From assembly GCF_002075285.3 (NCBI RefSeq), contig NZ_CP021983.2:1-32000 (forward strand): a stretch of 32,000 nucleotides of DNA, written 5' to 3'. Numbering within the stretch: the first letter of the stretch is position 1; each line of letters starts with the position of its first letter. The position numbers and the translations under genes are program-made. This stretch comes from Halomicronema hongdechloris C2206. Lineage in GTDB: Bacteria > Cyanobacteriota > Cyanobacteriia > Phormidesmidales > Phormidesmidaceae. A model generated the notes under the pieces. It saw only the letters and a program-made list of their open reading frames with translations, had not been told where the DNA came from and did no database searches. Positions 6,281 through 13,992 of this stretch are shown in pieces.

Positions 6281-9154
6281 ATGGAGCAAGCTCCCATGCA
6301 CTACCCGGCCAAGCTACTGAGTTTAGTGGCTCTTACAACTTTGGCAATGACGACTGTCCAGTTACCAGCCTTTTCTCAAGAACCGAGAGATGCTTACCGT
6401 CTAGCGGCGACTGAGACAAAAACTGAGACGAACCAAGCCAACGAGCAAGGGACTTTACTGCTTGAGGTAGAAGGCATTTTAGAAGTAGGGGATAATACTC
6501 TTGAAAGCGGGAGATTGATTGATGGTCATCAATTTGAAGGGCAGGCTGATCAAATAATCACTATACGCCTTACTAGTGATGAGTTTGATCCGTTTCTCGC
6601 TGTTTTGGAGCCCAGCGGGCAAGTACTTGGTAGTCGAAATAACATAAGTGTATCTAATCTTAATGCTGCTTTGACTATCAGATTACCTAAAAGTGGCACA
6701 TACTTAGTCGGCGTAACTATAGGCTCAGATGACATAAGCGCACAAGGCCAATATCGACTGACTGTAGCTGAGGCAACTACAACGGAAATAAGCAAAGCAG
6801 AAGCTGAACGCTTACTTCAGCTTGGAATTGAGCAATATCAGACTGCTCGACTCCGAGAAGCTATACAGTCATGGGAACAAGCCCTCATTACTTATCGTGA
6901 GATTGACGATCGCCAAGGGGAAGCCGTCGTTCTGGGAAACTTGGGCGTTGCTTATCGTGATTTGGGTGACTATCAGCAGGCTATCAATCTCCATGAGCAA
7001 GCGCTTTTTATTTTCCGTGAAATTGGCAATCGCTTCGGAGAAGTTAGCTCCCTACTTAACTTAGGCGGCGATTACGAAAGCCTAGGCAACTATCAGCAAG
7101 CTATAAACCTACATGAGCAGAGTCTCACCATAGCCCGCGAAATCAATGATCGCGCTGGGGAGGGTAACTCTTTGCGCGGCTTGGGCGCTGCTTATCGTAA
7201 CTTAGGTCAATATCAGCAAGCTATCGAATTCTATGAGCAAAGTCTTGCCATTATCCGCGAAATTGGTGACCGCCTAGAAGAAACTCGCGCCCTATTAGGT
7301 TTGGGAGTTACTCACTATGATCTCGGTAACTATGAAAGGGCCATTGAATTCTATGAGCAAAGTCTTGCCATTATCCGCGAAATTGGTGATCGCCTAGAAG
7401 AAGCTCGCGTCCTCGGGAATTTGGGTAATGTTTCTAGGACCCTGGGTCAATATCGGCAAGCTATTGATCTCTATAAACAGCGTTTAACTATCGCGCGCGA
7501 AATTGGTGATCGGCCTGGTGAAGCCGCAGCTCTACTTGGTATGGGCAACACTTATAGTAAGCTAGGCAACTATGAACAGGCTATTGACCTCTACAGGCAA
7601 AGCCTTGCTATTACCCGCGAAATTGGCGATCGGCCTGGCGAAGCCATGTCTCTTCATAACCAGGGTTTGACCTTTATGAATACAGGCCAACTTCCCCAGG
7701 CAGAATCAGTGTTGCGTCAGTCCATAGAAGTCTTTGAATCCCTCCGCACAAACCTTCCCGATAACCAGCTCATCTCTATCGCCGATACCCAGGCAAGGGC
7801 ATACGCTAACCTAGAGCGTGCCTTAACTGCCCAAGACAAGACAGCTGAAGCCCTTGCCATTACTGAGCGAGGCCGGGCTCGTGCATTTGTGTTGCAGCTG
7901 GCCAGTCGCCTAGCCACTCCAGAAGAGCAGGCGGCCCTGGCCGATAGCCCTATTGCTGAGGCTCCTACCGTCGCTGAGATCCAACAGATCGCCCGCAACA
8001 CCAACACCACTCTGGTCACCTACTCCCTCATCTTCGACCAGGCCCTCTATATTTGGGTGGTGCAGCCGTCGGGGGAGATTCAATTTCGCTCGGTCGAGTT
8101 CAATGGCGCTGGCGGTTCTGGGGTGGTGGTCAATCCCATTGCCGCCATTGATGGCCCGGTCTATCGAGGCACTGACGACCCGTCCGAGTTAGATAGCCTG
8201 GTGGCTGACTCCAGGGCTGGCATTATTGTCGAGCGCACGGGAACCAATCCAGCCCAACTGCAGGAGCTGCATCGGGTCTTGATCGAGCCCATTGCCGCTC
8301 TATTGCCCACCGATCCAGAAGAGAAAGTAGCCTTCATTCCCCAGGGCAACTTGTTTTTGGTGCCCTTTGCCACCCTACAAGACGACGACGGCACGGCCCT
8401 GATCGAAAAACACACTATTCTGACTGCTCCGTCGATTCAGGTCTTCGGCTTGGCCAATGACGTCAGTGGGGAGCCAACAGATGTCAGTAGCTCCCTAAGC
8501 GCCAGCGGCGATGGCGCCCTGATTGTGGGGAATCCAGTGATGCCGACAGTGTGGGCCCCTACGGCCAGCGGTGACTTTGGCGAAATTCAACTGGCGGACT
8601 TGCCAGGGGCTAAACGAGAGGCGGAAGCCGTGGGCGATGTCTTTGGGGTGCCAGTGCTGACAGGCAATCAGGCCACTGAGGCCACCGTAAAGCAACGGTT
8701 GCCAGCAGCCCAGCTGATTCATCTGGCTACCCACGGTCTACTGGAATATGGCGACCCCCAATCCTCTGGGGTTCTGGACGTGCCCGGTGCCGTGGCCTTA
8801 ACGCCCGGGTCAGGGGAAGACGGCTTGCTCACCGCTGCCGAAATCCTGGAAATGAAGTTGCAGGCGGAGTTGGCAGTGCTCAGTGCTTGCGACACCGGGC
8901 GCGGACGCATCACTGGCGATGGCGTGGTGGGGCTGTCTCGGGCCTTGATCACTGCCGGCGTCCCCAGTGTGATTGTGTCCCTGTGGGCGGTGCCCGATGC
9001 CCCTACGGCCATGCTAATGACGGAGTTTTACCGCCAGCTAGACCAAGGGCACGACAAGGCTCAGGCCCTACGGCAGGCCATGTTGATCACCCGGGAGCAG
9101 CATCCTAATCCCAGGGCTTGGGCCGCCTTTAGCCTCATGGGGGCTGCGAATTGA
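6281..9154 (+). CDS. PPC-domain / TPR-repeat / CHAT domain protein (caspase-fold protease), probable signal peptide
   Basis: 957-aa ORF. An alternative start at ATG 6296 has GGAG 9 nt upstream. The signal-like stretch is KLLSLVALTTLAMTTVQLPAFS. A pre-peptidase C-terminal-like beta domain follows (GDNTLESGRLIDGHQFEGQADQIITIRL..DPFLAVLEPSG..GTYLVGV..GQYRLTV). About ten 40-aa TPR units follow (GNLGVAYRDLGDYQQAINLHEQALFIFREIGNRFGE). The C-terminal CHAT domain has HLATHGLL and AVLSACDTGRG. Confidence 0.9.
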   Translation: MEQAPMHYPAKLLSLVALTTLAMTTVQLPAFSQEPRDAYRLAATETKTETNQANEQGTLLLEVEGILEVGDNTLESGRLIDGHQFEGQADQIITIRLTSDEFDPFLAVLEPSGQVLGSRNNISVSNLNAALTIRLPKSGTYLVGVTIGSDDISAQGQYRLTVAEATTTEISKAEAERLLQLGIEQYQTARLREAIQSWEQALITYREIDDRQGEAVVLGNLGVAYRDLGDYQQAINLHEQALFIFREIGNRFGEVSSLLNLGGDYESLGNYQQAINLHEQSLTIAREINDRAGEGNSLRGLGAAYRNLGQYQQAIEFYEQSLAIIREIGDRLEETRALLGLGVTHYDLGNYERAIEFYEQSLAIIREIGDRLEEARVLGNLGNVSRTLGQYRQAIDLYKQRLTIAREIGDRPGEAAALLGMGNTYSKLGNYEQAIDLYRQSLAITREIGDRPGEAMSLHNQGLTFMNTGQLPQAESVLRQSIEVFESLRTNLPDNQLISIADTQARAYANLERALTAQDKTAEALAITERGRARAFVLQLASRLATPEEQAALADSPIAEAPTVAEIQQIARNTNTTLVTYSLIFDQALYIWVVQPSGEIQFRSVEFNGAGGSGVVVNPIAAIDGPVYRGTDDPSELDSLVADSRAGIIVERTGTNPAQLQELHRVLIEPIAALLPTDPEEKVAFIPQGNLFLVPFATLQDDDGTALIEKHTILTAPSIQVFGLANDVSGEPTDVSSSLSASGDGALIVGNPVMPTVWAPTASGDFGEIQLADLPGAKREAEAVGDVFGVPVLTGNQATEATVKQRLPAAQLIHLATHGLLEYGDPQSSGVLDVPGAVALTPGSGEDGLLTAAEILEMKLQAELAVLSACDTGRGRITGDGVVGLSRALITAGVPSVIVSLWAVPDAPTAMLMTEFYRQLDQGHDKAQALRQAMLITREQHPNPRAWAAFSLMGAAN

Positions 9155-9184
9155 AGAGCGCTTTGTAAGCAGCCGATATGGTCT

Positions 9185-9310
9185 CCCTGGATTCCTGCTG
9201 CCGCGGGAATGACAGTAGTACGTTTATTGCGAGCAGCAGACTAATCGCGAAAAAGAATTTTGTCATTCTGGGCAAGCGCAGCACCACCCAGCCTCCAGTA
9301 GAGGGCTCTG
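9185..9310 (-). repeat. Short-form member of the palindromic repeat family
   Basis: CCCTGGATTCCTGCTGCCGCGGGAATGACAGTAGTA..GCAGCAGACTAATCGCGAAAAAGAATTTTGTCATTCTGGGCAAGCGCAGC..CCAGTAGAGGGCTCTGG. It has the same module order as the 4508 copy. The degenerate CTGAGATATAGG and CTGAGATCAC motifs at 9371-9412 may belong to it. It starts 31 bp after the CHAT gene 2 stop. Confidence 0.6.
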
Positions 9311-9861
9311 GGGCCAGTAGCAAGCTGGCAACCAGCCAGCTCAATCGGCCTCGGGTGAATAGGTTCGACCTGCTGAGATATAGGAACCTTTAGAGCACAC
9401 AACCTCTGAGATCACAGCCTACTGTCACCTATCGATAGTGGCCATGGCCTAGGTCCATCCAGCCTACAGGGTGATCCATCTATGAACTCCCATCAGGTCA
9501 GGAATCATGCCCCCATTTAATCAGGTGCCCTACCTCCGTCAACTGTTGAGAAGAATCGCAGCGGCTTCAGGGTTACTGGTATCAGCAGACGGCGTCCCCT
9601 GACTCCCTTGCGGTGCAGGTGCCCAATGGGTCGTCAGTCGGAGGGTTAGGAGTGCTGGGCCTATGGTTTCTGGGGCAACGGCTGCTGCAGGCTGGCGTCT
9701 CAGAACACTGAATCTTAGACCTTGGCTAAACCTTTTAAGAAGTAAGAGTCAAAGCAGGTACCGGGGACGGCTTCACTGTAATATCGCGTTTGTCAGGTAG
9801 CTTCTCCGGTTTTAGGGCATTGGACGCTACGTTCTGTCGTTTTTTCCACCAGAGTGCAAGA

Positions 9862-9891
9862 GTGAATAAGTTCATCGGCCTCAGAGATATA
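9862..9891 (+). promoter_or_regulatory. Conserved upstream box, copy upstream of the YbjN-like gene
   Basis: gTGAATAAGTTcatcgGccTCAGAgATAta. It ends 36 nt before ATG 9926. Confidence 0.5.
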
Positions 9892-9925
9892 CCCCTATGA
9901 CGTTACCCGACATCTTCTAAACATC

Positions 9926-10468
9926 ATGAAAAAAACAATCCCCAGCTTACTTGCCCTGACCACTGCCACCGTTGGCCTGGTCCTATGGCAACCCCACCTG
10001 GTCCCGGTCTCTGTGGCTCAGGTCACCCCCCAGCAAGACAGTTCCCAGGGTAGTCCCGACCCGAGAGTGCAAGCTGCCCTCGATGGTCTGGGCTTCAACT
10101 ACGAAATTCAAGATAGCGGCGCCTTTAGAATCGGGCTGCGCTTCGAAGACGGACGCACCCAGGTAGCCTTTATTAGCTCTGGCACTAGCACCCTGGGCGA
10201 TTTGGAAATCCGAGATATTACCTCGCCAGTTAACGTTACCGATGGTCCTCTATCGGCCGAGACGGCTAACCAGCTGTTACAGGATAATGCCAGCAAAAAG
10301 TTAGGGGCCTGGCAGACGGTTGAACTCAGCGATCAACGCCATCTCACCATGTTTACTGCCCGCATCGATGCCAATAGCAGCCCCGAGCAACTACAGTCTG
10401 CTCTCTATGGGGTGCTCTACACTGCCGATGCCATGGAAGCCGAGCTCTCCGACAGCGATCGCTTCTAG
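9926..10468 (+). CDS. Secreted YbjN-like (type III secretion chaperone-fold) protein
   Basis: 180-aa ORF. The signal peptide is MKKTIPSLLALTTATVGLVLW..VSVA-QV. The body, LDGLGFNYEIQDSGAFRIGLRFEDGRTQVAFI..LLQDNASKKLGAWQ..ADAMEAELSDSDRF, resembles the YbjN family pattern, including the C-terminal D.F. The family call is from memory. Confidence 0.55.
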   Translation: MKKTIPSLLALTTATVGLVLWQPHLVPVSVAQVTPQQDSSQGSPDPRVQAALDGLGFNYEIQDSGAFRIGLRFEDGRTQVAFISSGTSTLGDLEIRDITSPVNVTDGPLSAETANQLLQDNASKKLGAWQTVELSDQRHLTMFTARIDANSSPEQLQSALYGVLYTADAMEAELSDSDRF

Positions 10469-10591
10469 GGTACGGTGCCGTGAGCGGTTTCGCCTGAGCA
10501 CCCTGAACAGGGGCATCTACTGAATGCCCTAAACCGTTATCTCCTAGTATTTGTGTCTAATCTACGAACATCCTGACGAGGATAATCCCCC

Positions 10592-12898
10592 ATGAAACGT
10601 CGTCATTTCCTTCAATTCGCCGGGTCTACCCTGGCCGCCATCGGCCTCAGCCAAGCCGATTTTCTCCGCCAAGCCAATCACTACGGCAAGGCCCTGGCCC
10701 AGAACACCAACCGCAAATTAGCCCTGCTGATCGGCATTAATAACTATCCCGACCCCACCATTAGCAACCTCAATGGCTGCCTCAACGATGTGGAGATGCA
10801 GTATCAGTTGCTGGTGCACCGCTTTGGCTTTAAGCCCAGCGACATTCTTGTAGTGAGTGACACGGCTGATATGCAACCTAGCCGGGCCAATATTCTCCAG
10901 GCCTTTGAGGAGCATTTGATCCAGCGAGCTAGACCAGGGGATGTGGTGGTGGTGCACTATTCCGGCCATGGAGGGCGGGTGGTAGACCCGGATCCGATTG
11001 TGGTGCAAGCCTGCCCCCAATACAACCGGGAGCTTGAAGCGGAAGTCGGTCTCAACGGCACCCTGGTGCCCAATGACCCCATGGCTGCCAACCAATCAGG
11101 CCGGGAGTTGGTGGTGCCCGACATCATGGGGCGCAGCTTGTTTTTGCTGATGGAGCGCATCAACACCGATAACCTGACGGTGGTACTAGATAGCTGCTAT
11201 TCAGGGGCCGGCACCCGCGGCAATGCCCGGGTGCGAGCGGTGGACTCCCGTCTCAGTCGCAGCGCCGACACCCTGGTGGCCAGCGAGGATGAATTTGACA
11301 ACCAAGAACGCTGGTTAAAAAAACTGAACTTAAGCGAGACCGAATTCCATCAGCAGCGGGCTCGGGGCATTGCCAGGGGCGTCACCCTGGGTTCGGCCAG
11401 TTGCAACCAATTGGCCTTCGAGATGCCCTTTAGCGACCAGTTCACGTCTGGGACCTTTACTTATCTGTTGACCAGTTACCTATGGCAATCTCCTGCAACC
11501 CAGGTGGCGGAAACGGTGCAGGCCAACCTGGTGCGCAGCACCCGCACCACGGTCACCAGTGGCACCCAGATTCCGGTCTTTGAGTATGAACCGGGTAGCA
11601 ACTATGGCCAGAAACCTCTGTATTTCTCTTCGATCGCAACTCCCTTCGCCGCTGGGGTGGTGACCAATGTGACGGGGGAGCAGCTTCAGGTCTGGTTGGG
11701 AGGCGTCTCCCATGCCAATTTAGATCGGGCGGCGGCGGGGAGTATCTATACCCTGATTGACGGGGATGGCCATCCCCTGGCAGATATGGTGCTAGAGCAA
11801 CGGCAGGGGCTTCTGGGCTTTGGCAAACTGGCTGCGGGTCAGTCAATCTCTGTGATTGCAGGGATGTTGGTGCGGGAGAAGGTGCTAGCCATTCCTGACC
11901 CGGTGCTCAGGGTGGGTATTGATGCGTCCTTAGCCGATGAAGCCGAGCCAGCTCAGGCAGCTCTGGAGTCGGCCCTGGTCACGGCGATTGCGTCGGGGGA
12001 GACCACTAGTCGCATCGTCGTAGCACCAGTGGGTGAACCGATGGAGTATTTGCTGGCTCGTACCACTGAGACCATTCAGGCAGAACTGCGGCAGACGGGA
12101 GTAGAGACTCCGCCTCCCTTGGGCACGGTGGCTCTATTCGCACCGGATTTCTCCGCCGTGGTGCCCAATACCTTCGACCGGGTGGATGAGCCAGTGACCG
12201 TGGCGGTGACACGGTTACGCCCGCGCTTGAAATCTCTATTAGTGGGTAAAGTACTGAAGGACCTGGCCGTGACTACCTCAGATCTGCGGGTCAGTGGTGA
12301 GGCCTTTGATGCCAGTGGCCGTGGGGTGGCCGTACCGATTGTGCACCAGGGGGCCACGGGCCGTGCTGATACCCGGGTGGCCACCCAGGCGTTTCGCACC
12401 AATGAGGAGATTAAGATTCGGGTTCGGAATCAGGAAAATGATCCGGTCTATCTGAGTGTGTTGGGCATCGGCAGCGATGGCCAGATTGTGGTGCTGCAAC
12501 CGGCTAACTGGAATGACCCGGTAGAGGCGGCTCGGGTGGATGAAGATGAGGAACTGGTAGTCCCTACTGCTGAGGATGGGGTGCGATTCCGAGTGGCCGG
12601 GACAGGTTACATCGAGCTGATTACTTTGGTGAGTCGGGCCCCCTTGCGAGGGTTATTGCAGAGTCTGCAAACGATTTCTCGGGGGGCCGGCCGCGATCGC
12701 GGCTTTGTCGGTCTGGAAGAGGGGGATCCCTTAGATGTGGTCAGGGGATTGTTGGGGGATGTGGATGCAATTTCACGCTCTCGCAATACCACTAGCATTT
12801 TGGTGGAAGCCACTGAGGATAAGTCAGTGGTGGATTCTGATGCGATCGCAACGTTTTCCACCGTCATCGAGATCGTCGCCGACCCCAATGGCCCATGA
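10592..12898 (+). CDS. Orthocaspase/metacaspase-like peptidase C14 with Tat signal and C-terminal DUF4384
   Basis: 768-aa ORF. The twin-arginine motif is MKRRHFLQFAGSTLAAIGLSQA. The caspase p20-like core is KLALLIGINNY..LNGCLNDV..VVHYSGHGG (His)..VVLDSCYSGAG (Cys). The C-terminal segment EEIKIRVRNQENDPVYLSVLGIGSDGQIVVLQP..GYIELITLVS fits DUF4384. Confidence 0.9.
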   Translation: MKRRHFLQFAGSTLAAIGLSQADFLRQANHYGKALAQNTNRKLALLIGINNYPDPTISNLNGCLNDVEMQYQLLVHRFGFKPSDILVVSDTADMQPSRANILQAFEEHLIQRARPGDVVVVHYSGHGGRVVDPDPIVVQACPQYNRELEAEVGLNGTLVPNDPMAANQSGRELVVPDIMGRSLFLLMERINTDNLTVVLDSCYSGAGTRGNARVRAVDSRLSRSADTLVASEDEFDNQERWLKKLNLSETEFHQQRARGIARGVTLGSASCNQLAFEMPFSDQFTSGTFTYLLTSYLWQSPATQVAETVQANLVRSTRTTVTSGTQIPVFEYEPGSNYGQKPLYFSSIATPFAAGVVTNVTGEQLQVWLGGVSHANLDRAAAGSIYTLIDGDGHPLADMVLEQRQGLLGFGKLAAGQSISVIAGMLVREKVLAIPDPVLRVGIDASLADEAEPAQAALESALVTAIASGETTSRIVVAPVGEPMEYLLARTTETIQAELRQTGVETPPPLGTVALFAPDFSAVVPNTFDRVDEPVTVAVTRLRPRLKSLLVGKVLKDLAVTTSDLRVSGEAFDASGRGVAVPIVHQGATGRADTRVATQAFRTNEEIKIRVRNQENDPVYLSVLGIGSDGQIVVLQPANWNDPVEAARVDEDEELVVPTAEDGVRFRVAGTGYIELITLVSRAPLRGLLQSLQTISRGAGRDRGFVGLEEGDPLDVVRGLLGDVDAISRSRNTTSILVEATEDKSVVDSDAIATFSTVIEIVADPNGP

Positions 12899-13032
12899 AG
12901 GCCATCGCTTAGGAGCAGGCCCTTGCATCTCAGGCGCTGACCAGACTGATTCCATCTCTCGACAGTCATCCTTCATCCCCGAGACTGCCTATGATGATTG
13001 AGGAGGTAAATCATGGGAAATAGGGCATAGCT

Positions 13033-13992
13033 TTGGGCATGTTGGTCAATGGCGAGTGGGTTAAGCATCGAGAGCAGGCCGATACTAAAGGCCACTTCGT
13101 TCGCCCCTCGACCACCTTTCGCAATTGGGTCACCGCGGATGGCTCCAGTGGTTTCCAGGCTGCAGCCGGACGCTATCACCTCTATATCTCCTGGGCCTGT
13201 CCTTGGGCCCACCGCACTGCCATTACCCGAGCCCTGCAAGGTCTGGAGTCAGCCATCGGCCTATCTGTGGTCGATCCAGTCATGGGGGATGAGGGCTGGG
13301 CATTTTCTGAGTATCCCGGTTCAATTCCCGATGCCTTGCACGGCGCCCAGTACCTGCGGCAGATTTACCTCAAGGCCGATCCCAACTTTACCGGACGGGT
13401 CACAGTGCCGGTACTGTGGGATCGGCAAACCCACACCATCGTGAATAATGAATCCCGCGAGATCATGCGGATGCTGAATCGCGAATTTAGAGCTCTGAGC
13501 CCATCACCACAGCAGCTCTGCCCCTCAGATTTACAAGCCACCATTGACGACACCATCGACGCCATTTACCAACCGATCAACAACGGCGTTTATCGGGCCG
13601 GGTTTGCCGTCAAGCAAGCTGCCTATGATGAGGCCGTCGTAGCCCTCTTCCAAGCCCTCGATCACTGGGAACAGGTCTTAGCGCGACAACGATATCTGTG
13701 TGGGCCTCAGTTTACCGAGGCAGACATCTGCATGGTTACGACGCTGCTGCGCTTCGATGCCATCTATTACAGTCATTTCAAGTGCAACCTGCGCCGCATT
13801 AACGACTACCCCAATCTGGGCAATTACCTACGGGATGTCTATCAAATCCCTGGTGTCCGCCAGACCTGCTATCTAGACCACATTAAGCTGCACTATTACC
13901 GTAGCCATCCCACCGTCAATCCCAGCGGCATTGTCCCCAAAGGTCCCCTGCTGGACTTCGAAGCGGCCCACGATCGCCATCGCTTTGGCTAA
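13033..13992 (+). CDS. yqjG: Glutathionyl-hydroquinone reductase (Xi-class glutathione S-transferase, YqjG/ECM4 family)
   Basis: 319 aa, collinear with E. coli YqjG as I remember it: MG.L..G.W, FRNW.TADG, RYHLY.S.ACPWAHRT (the CPWA active site), GRVTVPVLWD, NNGVY.AGFA, THFKC, INP.GI.P.GP. Confidence 0.93.
   Translation: MGMLVNGEWVKHREQADTKGHFVRPSTTFRNWVTADGSSGFQAAAGRYHLYISWACPWAHRTAITRALQGLESAIGLSVVDPVMGDEGWAFSEYPGSIPDALHGAQYLRQIYLKADPNFTGRVTVPVLWDRQTHTIVNNESREIMRMLNREFRALSPSPQQLCPSDLQATIDDTIDAIYQPINNGVYRAGFAVKQAAYDEAVVALFQALDHWEQVLARQRYLCGPQFTEADICMVTTLLRFDAIYYSHFKCNLRRINDYPNLGNYLRDVYQIPGVRQTCYLDHIKLHYYRSHPTVNPSGIVPKGPLLDFEAAHDRHRFG

Noticed and set aside
9135-9393. ORFs 9135-9344 (-) and 9178-9393 (+)
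   Set aside because: They run through the palindromic repeat copy and overlap each other, and I recognise no motifs. They are most likely artefacts of the repeat.
9507-9715. Short ORF fragments in two frames (MPPFNQVPYLRQLLRRIAAASGLLVSADGVP* and ..VQVPNGSSVGGLGVLGLWFLGQRLLQAGVSEH*). They could be a frameshifted gene remnant or a degenerate PEP-CTERM-like tail.
   Set aside because: They are too short and I recognise no family. The PEP motif is absent (VPN instead). It cannot be supported from sequence alone.
9926-10468. Candidate gasdermin-like pore-former as substrate of the neighbouring proteases
   Set aside because: The protein is only 180 aa, has a cleavable signal peptide and shows a YbjN-like pattern. 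Nothing in the window has the size or character (about 240-270 aa, cytoplasmic) of bacterial gasdermins.
10519-10550. TGAATG-N18-TAGTAT as a separate promoter for the orthocaspase gene
   Set aside because: The spacing is long for a sigma-70 promoter and it lacks the conserved AAGTT/TCAGA box elements. It is mentioned only as a possibility.
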